This document shows, piece after piece, positions 1-7,356 of a DNA stretch of 13,079 nucleotides. The notes below the pieces were generated by a model. It saw only the letters and a program-made list of their open reading frames with translations, did not search any database and was not told where the DNA came from. Source of the stretch: Polyangiaceae bacterium (GTDB lineage Bacteria; Myxococcota_A; Polyangia; Polyangiales; Polyangiaceae); assembly GCA_035063585.1 (NCBI GenBank), contig JAPSGB010000069.1, positions 1-13,079 of the forward strand, written 5' to 3'. Position 1 is the stretch's first letter; the number at the start of each line of letters is the position of its first letter. A program made the translations under genes and the position numbers.

Positions 1-1
1 C

Positions 2-979
2 CGCGTTCGCACCGGGGTCGGTGTTCCCCCAGGGGTACTTCCGCTGCTCACTCCCGCCCGACGCCGCGTAGTGCCACTCCGTCTCGCTCGGCAAGAACCC
101 GCCGTCCCAAATGCAGAACGCGTAGAGCTCGTACCAGCTCGCGCAGTTGATGGGGCGATGCTCGTTCCCACTGGCTGACGGCGTCCAGGTCTGATAGCTC
201 GAGTCGCAGGCGAGGTTGGTGTTCCAAGCAGCGGGCGACTGCGCGAGCTCACTCGACCAGCTCACGTCCCAGCCCGGTTCATTGCCGCCGCCAACCCCGC
301 TGTTCACGAGGCCCAAACCGCCGTTCAGGTGCGTGTGCTTGCCTGCTCCCGCCACCGGACGCCACCCGCCAACCCACGCCTCCACGAACTTCCGGAAACG
401 GCCCACCGTCACCTCGTACTTGTCCAGCCGGAAATTGGCGACCGTCGCCGGGTAACTCTTGGTCGTGTAGGGCTCCGTCGGGCGCTCGATGTAGTCCCGG
501 TAGAACGTCCCGCCCTTCACCGACAGCGAGGTGCAGCAGCTCTCGTTACCGCTCAGGCCGCTACAGTCCGTCCGACCCGCGCCGGGGTCCGCGCAGCTCG
601 GCGGCTCGGTTGCGCCGCCTCCGCCAGTGCCGCCAGTCGCCCCGCCAGTGCCGCCAGTGCCGCCGGTGCCGCTGCTCCCCGCGACGCCGGCCGCGCCGCC
701 CAGACCCCCTCCTCCTCCGCTGCCGCTGGTGCCGCCCGTGCCGGGCGTCCCGCCGGTGCCGGAAGCGCAGGCCGCCGTGCACGCGGCGACGTCATCCTGC
801 TGGCAGAGGCACTTCTCGAAGCAGCCGCTACACTCGGAGCATCCAGACGCTGGACTACAGCCGTCCGCTCCGCCGCTCCCTCCCCCCGGCCCGCGATAGT
901 CCTCGTCGATCCCGGCGATGAGCGCGCACGCGCTCACCGTCGCGGCGAGCGAGAGCGCCGCGAATCTTCGCATGCTCAT
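2..979 (-). CDS. FGE-sulfatase (SUMF1/EgtB/PvdO-type) domain lipoprotein with Cys-rich N-terminal module and Gly-rich linker; runs off the left edge
   Basis: Not in the ORF track because it is truncated. My translation from ATG 979 (GGGAGG upstream) is MSMRRFAALSLAATVSAC (lipobox-like), CSECSGCFEKCLC, a G/T/A linker, then GGTFYR...FRLDKYEVTVGRFRKFV...RPINCASWYELYAFCIWDGGFLPSETEWHYAASGG..YPWG. These are the typical FGE-sulfatase motifs. Confidence 0.9.
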   Translation of the reverse strand, partial: MSMRRFAALSLAATVSACALIAGIDEDYRGPGGGSGGADGCSPASGCSECSGCFEKCLCQQDDVAACTAACASGTGGTPGTGGTSGSGGGGGLGGAAGVAGSSGTGGTGGTGGATGGTGGGGATEPPSCADPGAGRTDCSGLSGNESCCTSLSVKGGTFYRDYIERPTEPYTTKSYPATVANFRLDKYEVTVGRFRKFVEAWVGGWRPVAGAGKHTHLNGGLGLVNSGVGGGNEPGWDVSWSSELAQSPAAWNTNLACDSSYQTWTPSASGNEHRPINCASWYELYAFCIWDGGFLPSETEWHYAASGGSEQRKYPWGNTDPGANA

Positions 980-2238
980 GGACGCCTCCCGCCGGGCCCG
1001 TCCGTCAGCGAGCCGGCTGCATGGCTCGCTGCCGCGAACCCGAGCACCGGCCGCGCCCGACGCGAGCCGCGCGGCGACGTCCAGGTCCGCGCCGAGGCGC
1101 GCGGCGACGTCGAGGCCCGCGCCGAGGCGCGCGGCGACGTCGAGGCCCGCGCCGAGGCGCGCGGCGACGTCGCACCTACCCACCTGCTCACCGCGGGATC
1201 AGAGCGCTCCACGCCTTTCACGATACTCCGATTCCAGGCGCTCTTGACGCGAAGTTTGCGGGACGGGCTGAGCGGGAAGAGGGCGGCCGAGCGCGAAGAC
1301 GGCGACTGAGCGCGAAGACGGCGGCTGACCTCACTGAGAAGCGCGAGTCCGCGACGGGGACGTTGCGCCGGTGGTCGAGCTACCTCGAGCGGTCTCCGGA
1401 GAGTGACGCGCCCGGCGCTGCCGGTGGTCGTCGAGACCGAGACAACGGCGATTCGAGACGCGTTCGCCCCGCGCGACCGCGCTCGGAGCACTCGGGACAG
1501 GGCGCGGAGCGCGCGGAACGCGTCGCGAAACCGCCTTGTGACCGAGACAGCCGCGACTCGTGACGCTTTCGACCCGCGCGACCGCGCTCGAAGCACTCGG
1601 GACAGGGCGCGGAGCGCGCGGAACGCGTCGCGAAACCGCCTTGTGACGGAGACAGCCGCGATTCGCGACGCGTTCGCCCCGCGCGACCGCGCTCGAAGCA
1701 CTCGGGACAGGGCGCGGAGCGCGCGGAACGCGTCGCGAAACCGCCTTGTGACCGAGACAACGGCGATTCGTGACGCGTTCGCCCCGCGCGACCGCGCTCG
1801 GAGCGCGCGGAACGCGTCACGAAACCGCCTTGTGACGGAGACAGCCGCGATTCGCGACGCGTTCGCCCCGCGCGACCGCGCTCGGAGCACTCGGGACAGG
1901 GCGCGGAGCGCGCGGAACGCGTCGCGAAACCGCCTTGTGACGGAGACAGCCGCGATTCGCGACGCGTTCGCCCCGCGCGACCGCGCTCGGAGCACTCGGG
2001 ACAGGGCGCGGAGCGCGCGGAACGCGTCACGAAACCGCCTTGTGACCGAGACAGCCGCGACTCGTGACGCGTTCGACCCGCGCGACCGCGCTCGGAGCGC
2101 GCGGAACGCCGAGAGCACGCTTCGCACCCTCGTGAAGGCGAGGAAGCTCATCCTCGAGTGAAGTCCGCCCCCATCATTGGGGCATACTGTTCCGGCAAGC
2201 TTGCTCGCGATGGTGACGAGGCGGGGGAGCTGTCTCAC
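976..2238 (-). CDS. Doubtful Arg/Ala/Ser-rich repeat ORF (420 aa) spanning array 1
   Basis: The frame is open through the whole intergenic region, and its TGA overlaps the FGE ATG (ATGA). Repeat variants are mostly synonymous. There is no SD and no recognisable domain, so it may be a shadow ORF. Confidence 0.2.
   Translation of the reverse strand: MRQLPRLVTIASKLAGTVCPNDGGGLHSRMSFLAFTRVRSVLSAFRALRARSRGSNASRVAAVSVTRRFRDAFRALRALSRVLRARSRGANASRIAAVSVTRRFRDAFRALRALSRVLRARSRGANASRIAAVSVTRRFRDAFRALRARSRGANASRIAVVSVTRRFRDAFRALRALSRVLRARSRGANASRIAAVSVTRRFRDAFRALRALSRVLRARSRGSKASRVAAVSVTRRFRDAFRALRALSRVLRARSRGANASRIAVVSVSTTTGSAGRVTLRRPLEVARPPAQRPRRGLALLSEVSRRLRAQSPSSRSAALFPLSPSRKLRVKSAWNRSIVKGVERSDPAVSRWVGATSPRASARASTSPRASARASTSPRASARTWTSPRGSRRARPVLGFAAASHAAGSLTDGPGGRRP
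1068..1172. repeat. 30-bp tandem repeat, about 3.5 copies (GCGGCGACGTCGAGGCCCGCGCCGAGGCGC)
   Basis: GCGGCGACGT recurs at 1071, 1101, 1131 and 1161. Confidence 0.9.
1220..1248 (-). promoter_or_regulatory. Possible sigma70-type promoter for the FGE gene
   Basis: Minus strand reads GTCAAG-17 nt-TATCGT within a locally AT-richer patch. The -35 match is poor. Confidence 0.2.
1267..1328. repeat. 19-bp tandem repeat, about 3.3 copies (RCYGAGCGSGAAGASGGCG)
   Basis: Units start at 1267, 1286, 1305 and 1324 (partial). Confidence 0.8.
1435..2109. repeat. Palindromic tandem array 1 (REP/BIME-like), 105-bp unit with two 84-bp deletion variants
   Basis: GAACGC anchors at 1516, 1621, 1726, 1810, 1915, 2020 and 2104 give spacings of 105, 105, 84, 105, 105, 84. 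The core is GAACGCGTCRCGAAAC-23 nt-GAYTCGYGACGCGTTC. Confidence 0.97.
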
Positions 2239-2405
2239 GCGACGTTGGCAGAGAGGCGAACCTCGACGCGGCGCTTCCGGCTCGCGGCCGCATCCACCCC
2301 GCCGGTCATCGACTGCGGCGCGTCGCCGAAAATGCTGACGACGGGCGAGCGCTGTTCACCAGACCGATGCCACTCCCATGGGCCTCGCTCGAAGCGTGCA
2401 ATCAT
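2235..2405 (-). CDS. Possible 56-aa ORF or gene remnant (MIARFERG...SRKRRVEVRLSANVA)
   Basis: Its ATG overlaps the upstream TGA (ATGA). The C-terminal G..P...RRVEV loosely recalls the end of an OmpA-like domain. No SD. Confidence 0.2.
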   Translation of the reverse strand: MIARFERGPWEWHRSGEQRSPVVSIFGDAPQSMTGGVDAAASRKRRVEVRLSANVA

Positions 2406-2917
2406 CCACGCAGGTAGTGGCCGAGGCGCGTCGTCGACTTGAGCTGGCGTCGCGTGCGGTCTCCGCGGCGACAGACGACCACGTCGACGTCGAAGCGCTC
2501 GAGCTGGAACATGCGCTCGATCCGCTTGAGCAGCGTGCCCACCGTGGCGCGGGCGCTGATCGGGCGCGGGGCGCCGTCGGAGGCGGCTTCCTCGGGCTCC
2601 GGCTCGGAGTCTTCCTCTGTCCCGTCGTCGGGCTCGTCCCAGTCGACGGCTGGTGGCGCAGCGGGCACGCCCTCCGTAAGCGGCGCGCGCGTGGCCGGCG
2701 CGAGCGCGAGCGCGGCCTCGCCGGGGCCAGCGGGCGGTCGCTCCGTCGCGGGAGCTCTCACGATCGCGGCGCGCCGCGCGAGCTCGTCCTCCGTGAGCCC
2801 CGCCGTGGCCATCCCGTCGCGGAAGCCACGCTCGTACACCCGTGCGAGCGCTGTTCGTGCCGCCGCGCCGACCTCCGCGCCCAGCTCGGCGAGGAGCGCC
2901 TCCACCTCGCGGCTCAC
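2402..2917 (-). CDS. Hypothetical protein (171 aa): helical N-terminus, acidic/Pro linker, small C-terminal domain
   Basis: GTG at 2917 overlaps the DGQHR stop (GTGA), with GGGGAG 6 nt upstream. Codons are GC3-rich. The tail is PISARATVGTLLKRIERMFQLERFDVDVVVCRRGDRTRRQLKSTTRLGHYLRG. Confidence 0.8.
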   Translation of the reverse strand: MSREVEALLAELGAEVGAAARTALARVYERGFRDGMATAGLTEDELARRAAIVRAPATERPPAGPGEAALALAPATRAPLTEGVPAAPPAVDWDEPDDGTEEDSEPEPEEAASDGAPRPISARATVGTLLKRIERMFQLERFDVDVVVCRRGDRTRRQLKSTTRLGHYLRG

Positions 2918-4077
2918 GACGCGCTCCCCGTGCCCGGAGCGCCGAGGGCCTCGACGAGCTGCCGCGCGAGCACGCGCGTCGTCTCCTTGCCACCGCCGCG
3001 TGCCTCCAGCCGCCACGCGCCGGCCGTCTCGAACCGCGCCGCGCCGACCCGCGTGCGCCAGGGCTCGAGCATCGCGCGAACGATCGGCCGGGGCGCCCCC
3101 CCCGAGGCGAGCACGGCCGAGAGCACGGTCGGTGACGCCTGGATGAACGCGCGCAGCGCGATACCGCTCCGCACCGAGTGCTTCTTGCTCGCCCAGGTGT
3201 CCTCGAACACCCGCGCCACCTCCTCGAAGTAGAGCGGGAGGAACCGGTCCACGCTCTCGATCGCCTGCTCCGCGAGCTCGGGCCGCGCGGCCTCGAGCGC
3301 GCGCAGCATCGTGACGGTCTCCTGCGCGAGCCCCGCCTGCGCGACCTTGCCGCTTCCGACGCCGAGCATCTTGATGTGGCCTTCGAGCGGGCCTCCGCTC
3401 TTCTCGTTCAGCGCCTTCATCGCGTCGTGGACATGCTGGTCGATCGGCTGCGGGTACAGCTGGCGGCCCTTGAGCGCGTAGAGCAGCGACGCGTTCAACC
3501 GCGTGTGCTTGGAGTTGATGGTCACGAACGTCTCGACGACCGCTGGCGCGGGCAGGCTCGCGAAGAGGATCGCGGGCACCTGCAGGTTGCGGATCGCGCC
3601 GCGCTCGGCGTCCGAGAGATCGGTCTCCGTGAGGAGCGCGGCGAGCGCGAGCAGGCGGTGTTGGCCGTCGAGCACGCGCACCGAGCCCTCGTCTCCCGCG
3701 AGGTGGAGTACGCCGACGAAGGGGTTCGCGTCGCTCGCCTCGAAGCGCGCGGGCTCGTCCGTGGTCAAGAGGACAGCGCCCGGGATCGCCGGCACCTGCC
3801 CGTCGTCACGGCAAGCCCGGTAGTGCTCGGCGAGCTCCGCGATCTTCTTGCGGAGCACGGGCCGCTGGAAGGCCTTCTCGGACGTCTGCACGCGTCGCTC
3901 GATCTCCTCCCAATTCACCCGCGCGCCGCGCCCGGGTGCGCGCTTCCGCTTGCCCTCGAGGCCTGCGTCGCCGAGCGCCTCGAAGCGCACGAGCTGCTCG
4001 ACGTCACCCGCGCTGACGTTGAGGAGGAAGAGATCGTGGTTGAACTGCTGCACGCGCAGCGCCGGGAGAGTGAGCAT
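2914..4077 (-). CDS. DGQHR-domain (DndB-like, ParB/Srx-fold-related) protein, 387 aa
   Basis: Motifs FQRPVLRKKIAELAEHY, IPGAVLL, VLDGQHRLLAL and ETFVTINSKHTRLNASLL occur in the family order. ATG 4077 (MLTLPALRVQQ) is preferred over TTG 4113. Confidence 0.92.
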   Translation of the reverse strand: MLTLPALRVQQFNHDLFLLNVSAGDVEQLVRFEALGDAGLEGKRKRAPGRGARVNWEEIERRVQTSEKAFQRPVLRKKIAELAEHYRACRDDGQVPAIPGAVLLTTDEPARFEASDANPFVGVLHLAGDEGSVRVLDGQHRLLALAALLTETDLSDAERGAIRNLQVPAILFASLPAPAVVETFVTINSKHTRLNASLLYALKGRQLYPQPIDQHVHDAMKALNEKSGGPLEGHIKMLGVGSGKVAQAGLAQETVTMLRALEAARPELAEQAIESVDRFLPLYFEEVARVFEDTWASKKHSVRSGIALRAFIQASPTVLSAVLASGGAPRPIVRAMLEPWRTRVGAARFETAGAWRLEARGGGKETTRVLARQLVEALGAPGTGSAS

Positions 4078-4084
4078 CGTGCAA

Positions 4085-4113
4085 AGCTTCGGTGATCCGG
4101 CGCTCGAGTTCAA
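4085..4113 (-). promoter_or_regulatory. Possible leaderless promoter of the DGQHR operon
   Basis: TTGAAC-17 nt-GAAGCT-7 nt-ATG, with no SD before the ATG. Confidence 0.3.
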
Positions 4114-4256
4114 CGCTCACTCCGCGAGGCGACCGTCGGCGAGCGCGAACCCGCGGATCGAGCCGTCCTCGGGGAGCCGCACCGAGTGCAGACGGGTTCC
4201 CGCGCGCGGCCCACGTCCGCCGCCCTGGCCCGCGCGGCCGCGCCGGCGCCGCGCCG

Positions 4257-5921
4257 TCAAATCGGGCTCGACGGGCCGTGCGGCGCGTCTCCCGCGACCA
4301 CCCGCTTGGGACCGACGAGGCGCTCCTCCAGCCAATCGAGCCGCGGGCGCACCCTCGCCTTGATACTACGGAGCGGCGCCGCCCGCATCACGAGCTCCCA
4401 GGGCTGCACGCGCGGGTGACCGGCGTTGCCGGCGAGCAAGGTCGGCACGCCGGTCACCGGATCCGCCTCCACCACGAAAAAGGAGTGCCAGTGCGCCTCG
4501 CCGTCATTTCGCAGGCCGTGAATGGCGATGATGTCCCCCGGCCGATAGCGCTCCGCGTGCTCGGTCAGGTGCGAGAAGAAGGCAGCTCGCTGAATGAACG
4601 GCGCGCGCTCCTCGGGCGCCAGATCGTAGACATCGAACCACTCGGGGCGTCGCCGCGCGTAGCGCAGGAAGGCGTCCACGCTCCGGCGGTTGTCGATGTC
4701 GAGCGCGTCGAAGTCGATGCCGCCGGTGAGCCGCGCGCGCTCGGCGTCCCGGCCGCGCCACCAGGTGCCGCTCGCCCGTTCGAGCGTGTCGGTCACGAAA
4801 TCGATGCACACCTCCGGCGGCATCGGGCGACCGCGGAGATCGAAGACGCGGTAGGTGTCGTCGTTGAATCGGTAGTAGTCCCAGCCGTGGTCGTAGGCGA
4901 AGCGCCACGCCGGACGGAGGTTACCGTCTTGCTGGCCGTGCTCCGTCCGCGGCTCGTCGAACGGCAGCGCGTCGCGCACGAGCTCATCGACCGCGGCGCG
5001 CTCGAGGTCGAGCACGCTCTCGGCGCGCGCCGCGAGCGCGCGGGCCGCCTCGACGCGAGCGCGCTTCCCGTCCGGGATGAGCTCGCACCCGAGCGAGAGC
5101 TCGGCCCCGCGGAGCTCGAGCGCGGTCGGCACCCAGTCGTCTCCGTAGCGGAGCTCGGCGACGAGCCCCGCGCCGGTCAGCCGCTCGACCTTCATCCGCT
5201 CGAAGCCGAGCGCGCGCGAGAGGGGTCGGAGCTCCGCGTGGAGCGGTGGTCCCGGGTCGCTCCCCTCGACCCATACCCGATCGAAGAGCAGCAGGTGCGC
5301 GGGCTCACCCGCCTCCGGGCCGTCGGCGTACTCGTAGCCGAGGCCTCGCCGCTTCACGCTGAGGAGCGCCGCGCCGCGCTCGAGCCGGAGCGCAGGCTCG
5401 CGGAACAGCAGCGACAAGTCGACGAGCTCGCTCAGCGCCGCTGCCATGCCGGGCGTCTCGGCGTAGAGGTAGCCCTCGCGGAGCAGGAGCGCGCGGGCCA
5501 CCTCCGGGCGATTCACCAGGTTCCGCCGGAGCTTGATGAGCTCCCACGCGGGAGCGGCCGAGCGCTCGAGCGTCGCGCGATACATCGCGACCTCGGCTCC
5601 CCCCGCCTCGCTCACGGCCGGCGGGCGCCGGAACAACACCGGGACGTGCTTCGCGCGCGCGAGCACCTCCGCGCGGCGCGCCTCGAGCCCGGGAGCGCCC
5701 GGCAGCGCCGGCTCGCGGCGGAGCGCCTCGAGCCGCGCCTCACAGCGAGCGCGCTCCGAGGCGACGGCCGATGGCGGCGCCTCACGCGAAACCGTGGTCT
5801 CCGGAGCCGGTGGGCTCGCGCTCGGGAAGACTCCTCGGAATGGGTGTCGGCCCGGCGCGGGAGCGTCGCAACCGGCCGCGACGGCGAGCGCCCCGGCGAT
5901 GAAAACCCCGCGGATCGGCAC
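4257..5921 (-). CDS. Hypothetical lipoprotein (~554 aa) with a C-terminal NlpC/P60-like Cys/His domain
   Basis: This is the 3' part of the 941-aa ORF. GTG 5921 gives MPIRGVFIAGALAVAAGC (lipobox); ATG 6020 is an alternative start. The C-terminus has VCIDFV, RPGDII and HWHSFFV. Confidence 0.8.
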   Translation of the reverse strand: MPIRGVFIAGALAVAAGCDAPAPGRHPFRGVFPSASPPAPETTVSREAPPSAVASERARCEARLEALRREPALPGAPGLEARRAEVLARAKHVPVLFRRPPAVSEAGGAEVAMYRATLERSAAPAWELIKLRRNLVNRPEVARALLLREGYLYAETPGMAAALSELVDLSLLFREPALRLERGAALLSVKRRGLGYEYADGPEAGEPAHLLLFDRVWVEGSDPGPPLHAELRPLSRALGFERMKVERLTGAGLVAELRYGDDWVPTALELRGAELSLGCELIPDGKRARVEAARALAARAESVLDLERAAVDELVRDALPFDEPRTEHGQQDGNLRPAWRFAYDHGWDYYRFNDDTYRVFDLRGRPMPPEVCIDFVTDTLERASGTWWRGRDAERARLTGGIDFDALDIDNRRSVDAFLRYARRRPEWFDVYDLAPEERAPFIQRAAFFSHLTEHAERYRPGDIIAIHGLRNDGEAHWHSFFVVEADPVTGVPTLLAGNAGHPRVQPWELVMRAAPLRSIKARVRPRLDWLEERLVGPKRVVAGDAPHGPSSPI

Positions 5922-6107
5922 GAGACCGCGCAGCCTACCGGCCGCCGCGCGCGCCGGCAAGCTCGCCCGCTCGACCGCCGAGGTCCCATTTCTACGCTCC
6001 CGTGGAGCTCGCGAGCGCATGCTCCCCGGGCTTGGCGGGCCCCCGAGCGATGCCCTAGGCTCCGCCGAGAGCCCGCGCACTCGCCGGGCAGCCGGAGGAG
6101 TCAGCGC

Positions 6108-6833
6108 ATGGCCGACGAAGCAGCGAGCAGCCCGACCACGCTCGCGATCGACATCGGGGGCACGGGCATCAAGATGCTCGTCATCGACGCCGAGGGGCGC
6201 GCGCTCACCGAGCGAATGCGCGAGCTCACGCCCCACCCGGCCGCTCCCGAGGCCGTGCTCGCGGTCATCCGCGACATGGTCGCGCGGCAGCCCGCCTTCG
6301 AGCGCGTCGCGGTGGGCTTCCCCGGCGTCGTCGTGCGCGGGGTGGTCAAGACCGCGCCGAACCTCGACACCGAGCTCTGGCGCGAGCAGGACCTCGAGGC
6401 CGCCATCGGCGGCATCACCGGCCGCCCGACGCGCGTCATCAACGACGCGGATCTCCAGGGCTACGGCGTGATCTCGGGTCACGGCGTGGAGCTCGTGCTG
6501 ACGCTCGGCACGGGGCTCGGCTCGGGGCTCTACGTGGACGGGCACCTGGTGCCGAACCTCGAGCTCGCGCACCACCCGTTCGAGAAGGGGCGAACCTACG
6601 AAGAGCGGATGAGCGACGCCGAGCTCTCGCGGATCGGCAAGAAGAAGTGGAACCGCCGGATCGCCCGGATCCTCACCACGCTCCGCCCCATCTTCAACTT
6701 CGACAAGCTCTACCTCGGCGGCGGCAACGCCAAGAAACTCCGCATCCTGCTGCCGGAGGGCGTCGAGGTGTTCGAGAACGTGGAGGGGATGGCGGGAGGC
6801 GTGCGGCTCTGGGGAGACCGCCGCGTGACGTGA
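6108..6833 (+). CDS. ROK-family sugar kinase, polyphosphate glucokinase-like (241 aa)
   Basis: GGAGGAG lies before ATG 6108. Motifs are LAIDIGGTGIK, VGFPGVV, NDADLQG, LTLGTGLGSGL, PNLELAH and YLGGGN. It lacks the Cys zinc cluster, as in PpgK-type enzymes. Confidence 0.9.
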   Translation: MADEAASSPTTLAIDIGGTGIKMLVIDAEGRALTERMRELTPHPAAPEAVLAVIRDMVARQPAFERVAVGFPGVVVRGVVKTAPNLDTELWREQDLEAAIGGITGRPTRVINDADLQGYGVISGHGVELVLTLGTGLGSGLYVDGHLVPNLELAHHPFEKGRTYEERMSDAELSRIGKKKWNRRIARILTTLRPIFNFDKLYLGGGNAKKLRILLPEGVEVFENVEGMAGGVRLWGDRRVT

Positions 6834-6949
6834 GCCCGCGGCCGGCGAGCGCGCGCGACGCCGAGCGCCGAGCGCGCCCGGCCGCGACGCCGGCCGCGCC
6901 GGTCCGGCCTCCCGAAGCTCCCCCGCCCCTGCCCGCGCACGCGGTCGGA

Positions 6950-7264
6950 CTAGCTCGTGAGCTTCAGGCCCATGACGCAGCCGATGAGCCCCGCGATGAG
7001 CAGTACCCGAAGCGCGCTCGCGGGCTCGGTGCCGGTCAGCATCCCGTGAGCGACCGTGGCGGTCGCGCCAATGGCGACCCACACCGCGTAGGAGGTGCCG
7101 CTCGGCAGCGTGCGCATCGCGTACGCGAGGCCGCCCATGCTGACGAGGAGCCCGCCCGCGAAGACGAGCGACGGGGTGAGCCGGCTGAGACCTTCCGACT
7201 TGCCGAGCGCGATCGCCCAGACCGCTTCGAAGAGCCCCGAACCAATGAGTACGAGCCAGGCCAT
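6950..7264 (-). CDS. sugE: Small multidrug resistance (SMR) transporter, SugE/Gdx-like
   Basis: 104 aa with four hydrophobic helices. MAWxxL...FEAVWAIALGKSEG carries the TM1 Glu; also LPSGTSYAVWVAIG and GLKL. Confidence 0.88.
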   Translation of the reverse strand: MAWLVLIGSGLFEAVWAIALGKSEGLSRLTPSLVFAGGLLVSMGGLAYAMRTLPSGTSYAVWVAIGATATVAHGMLTGTEPASALRVLLIAGLIGCVMGLKLTS

Positions 7265-7316
7265 GTCGCTTCTCGACGGGCCGAGGGGCCCTCGGGCGCT
7301 ACTAGCACGGCCGCGC

Positions 7317-7356
7317 CGCGGCTCGAGGCCGAGCGCGCGGCTCGAGGCCGAGCGCG
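7317..7356. repeat. 19-bp direct duplication (CGCGGCTCGAGGCCGAGCG x2) in the gdhA-SMR spacer
   Basis: Copies start at 7317 and 7336. Confidence 0.8.

Noticed and set aside
1435..2109. CRISPR array
   Set aside because: The sequences between palindromes are near-identical rather than unique spacers, the period is too long, and no cas gene or AT-rich leader is present.
1403..2161. 252-aa plus-strand repeat ORF
   Set aside because: No SD or domain, and the equivalent frame in array 2 contains a TAG in each full unit. It is likely a by-product of the 3n period.
2914..4077. Calling the gene dndB or a phosphorothioation system
   Set aside because: No dndA/C/D/E in the window; the DGQHR motif alone does not establish orthology.
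4092..6107. N-terminal ~670 aa of the 913-aa plus ORF (apparent ROK fusion)
   Set aside because: Antisense shadow of the minus-strand lipoprotein. The kinase has its own SD and ATG at 6108.
6021..7082. N-terminal extension of the 941-aa minus ORF
   Set aside because: It overlaps the ROK gene antisense and the SMR gene. The lipoprotein signal begins near 5921.
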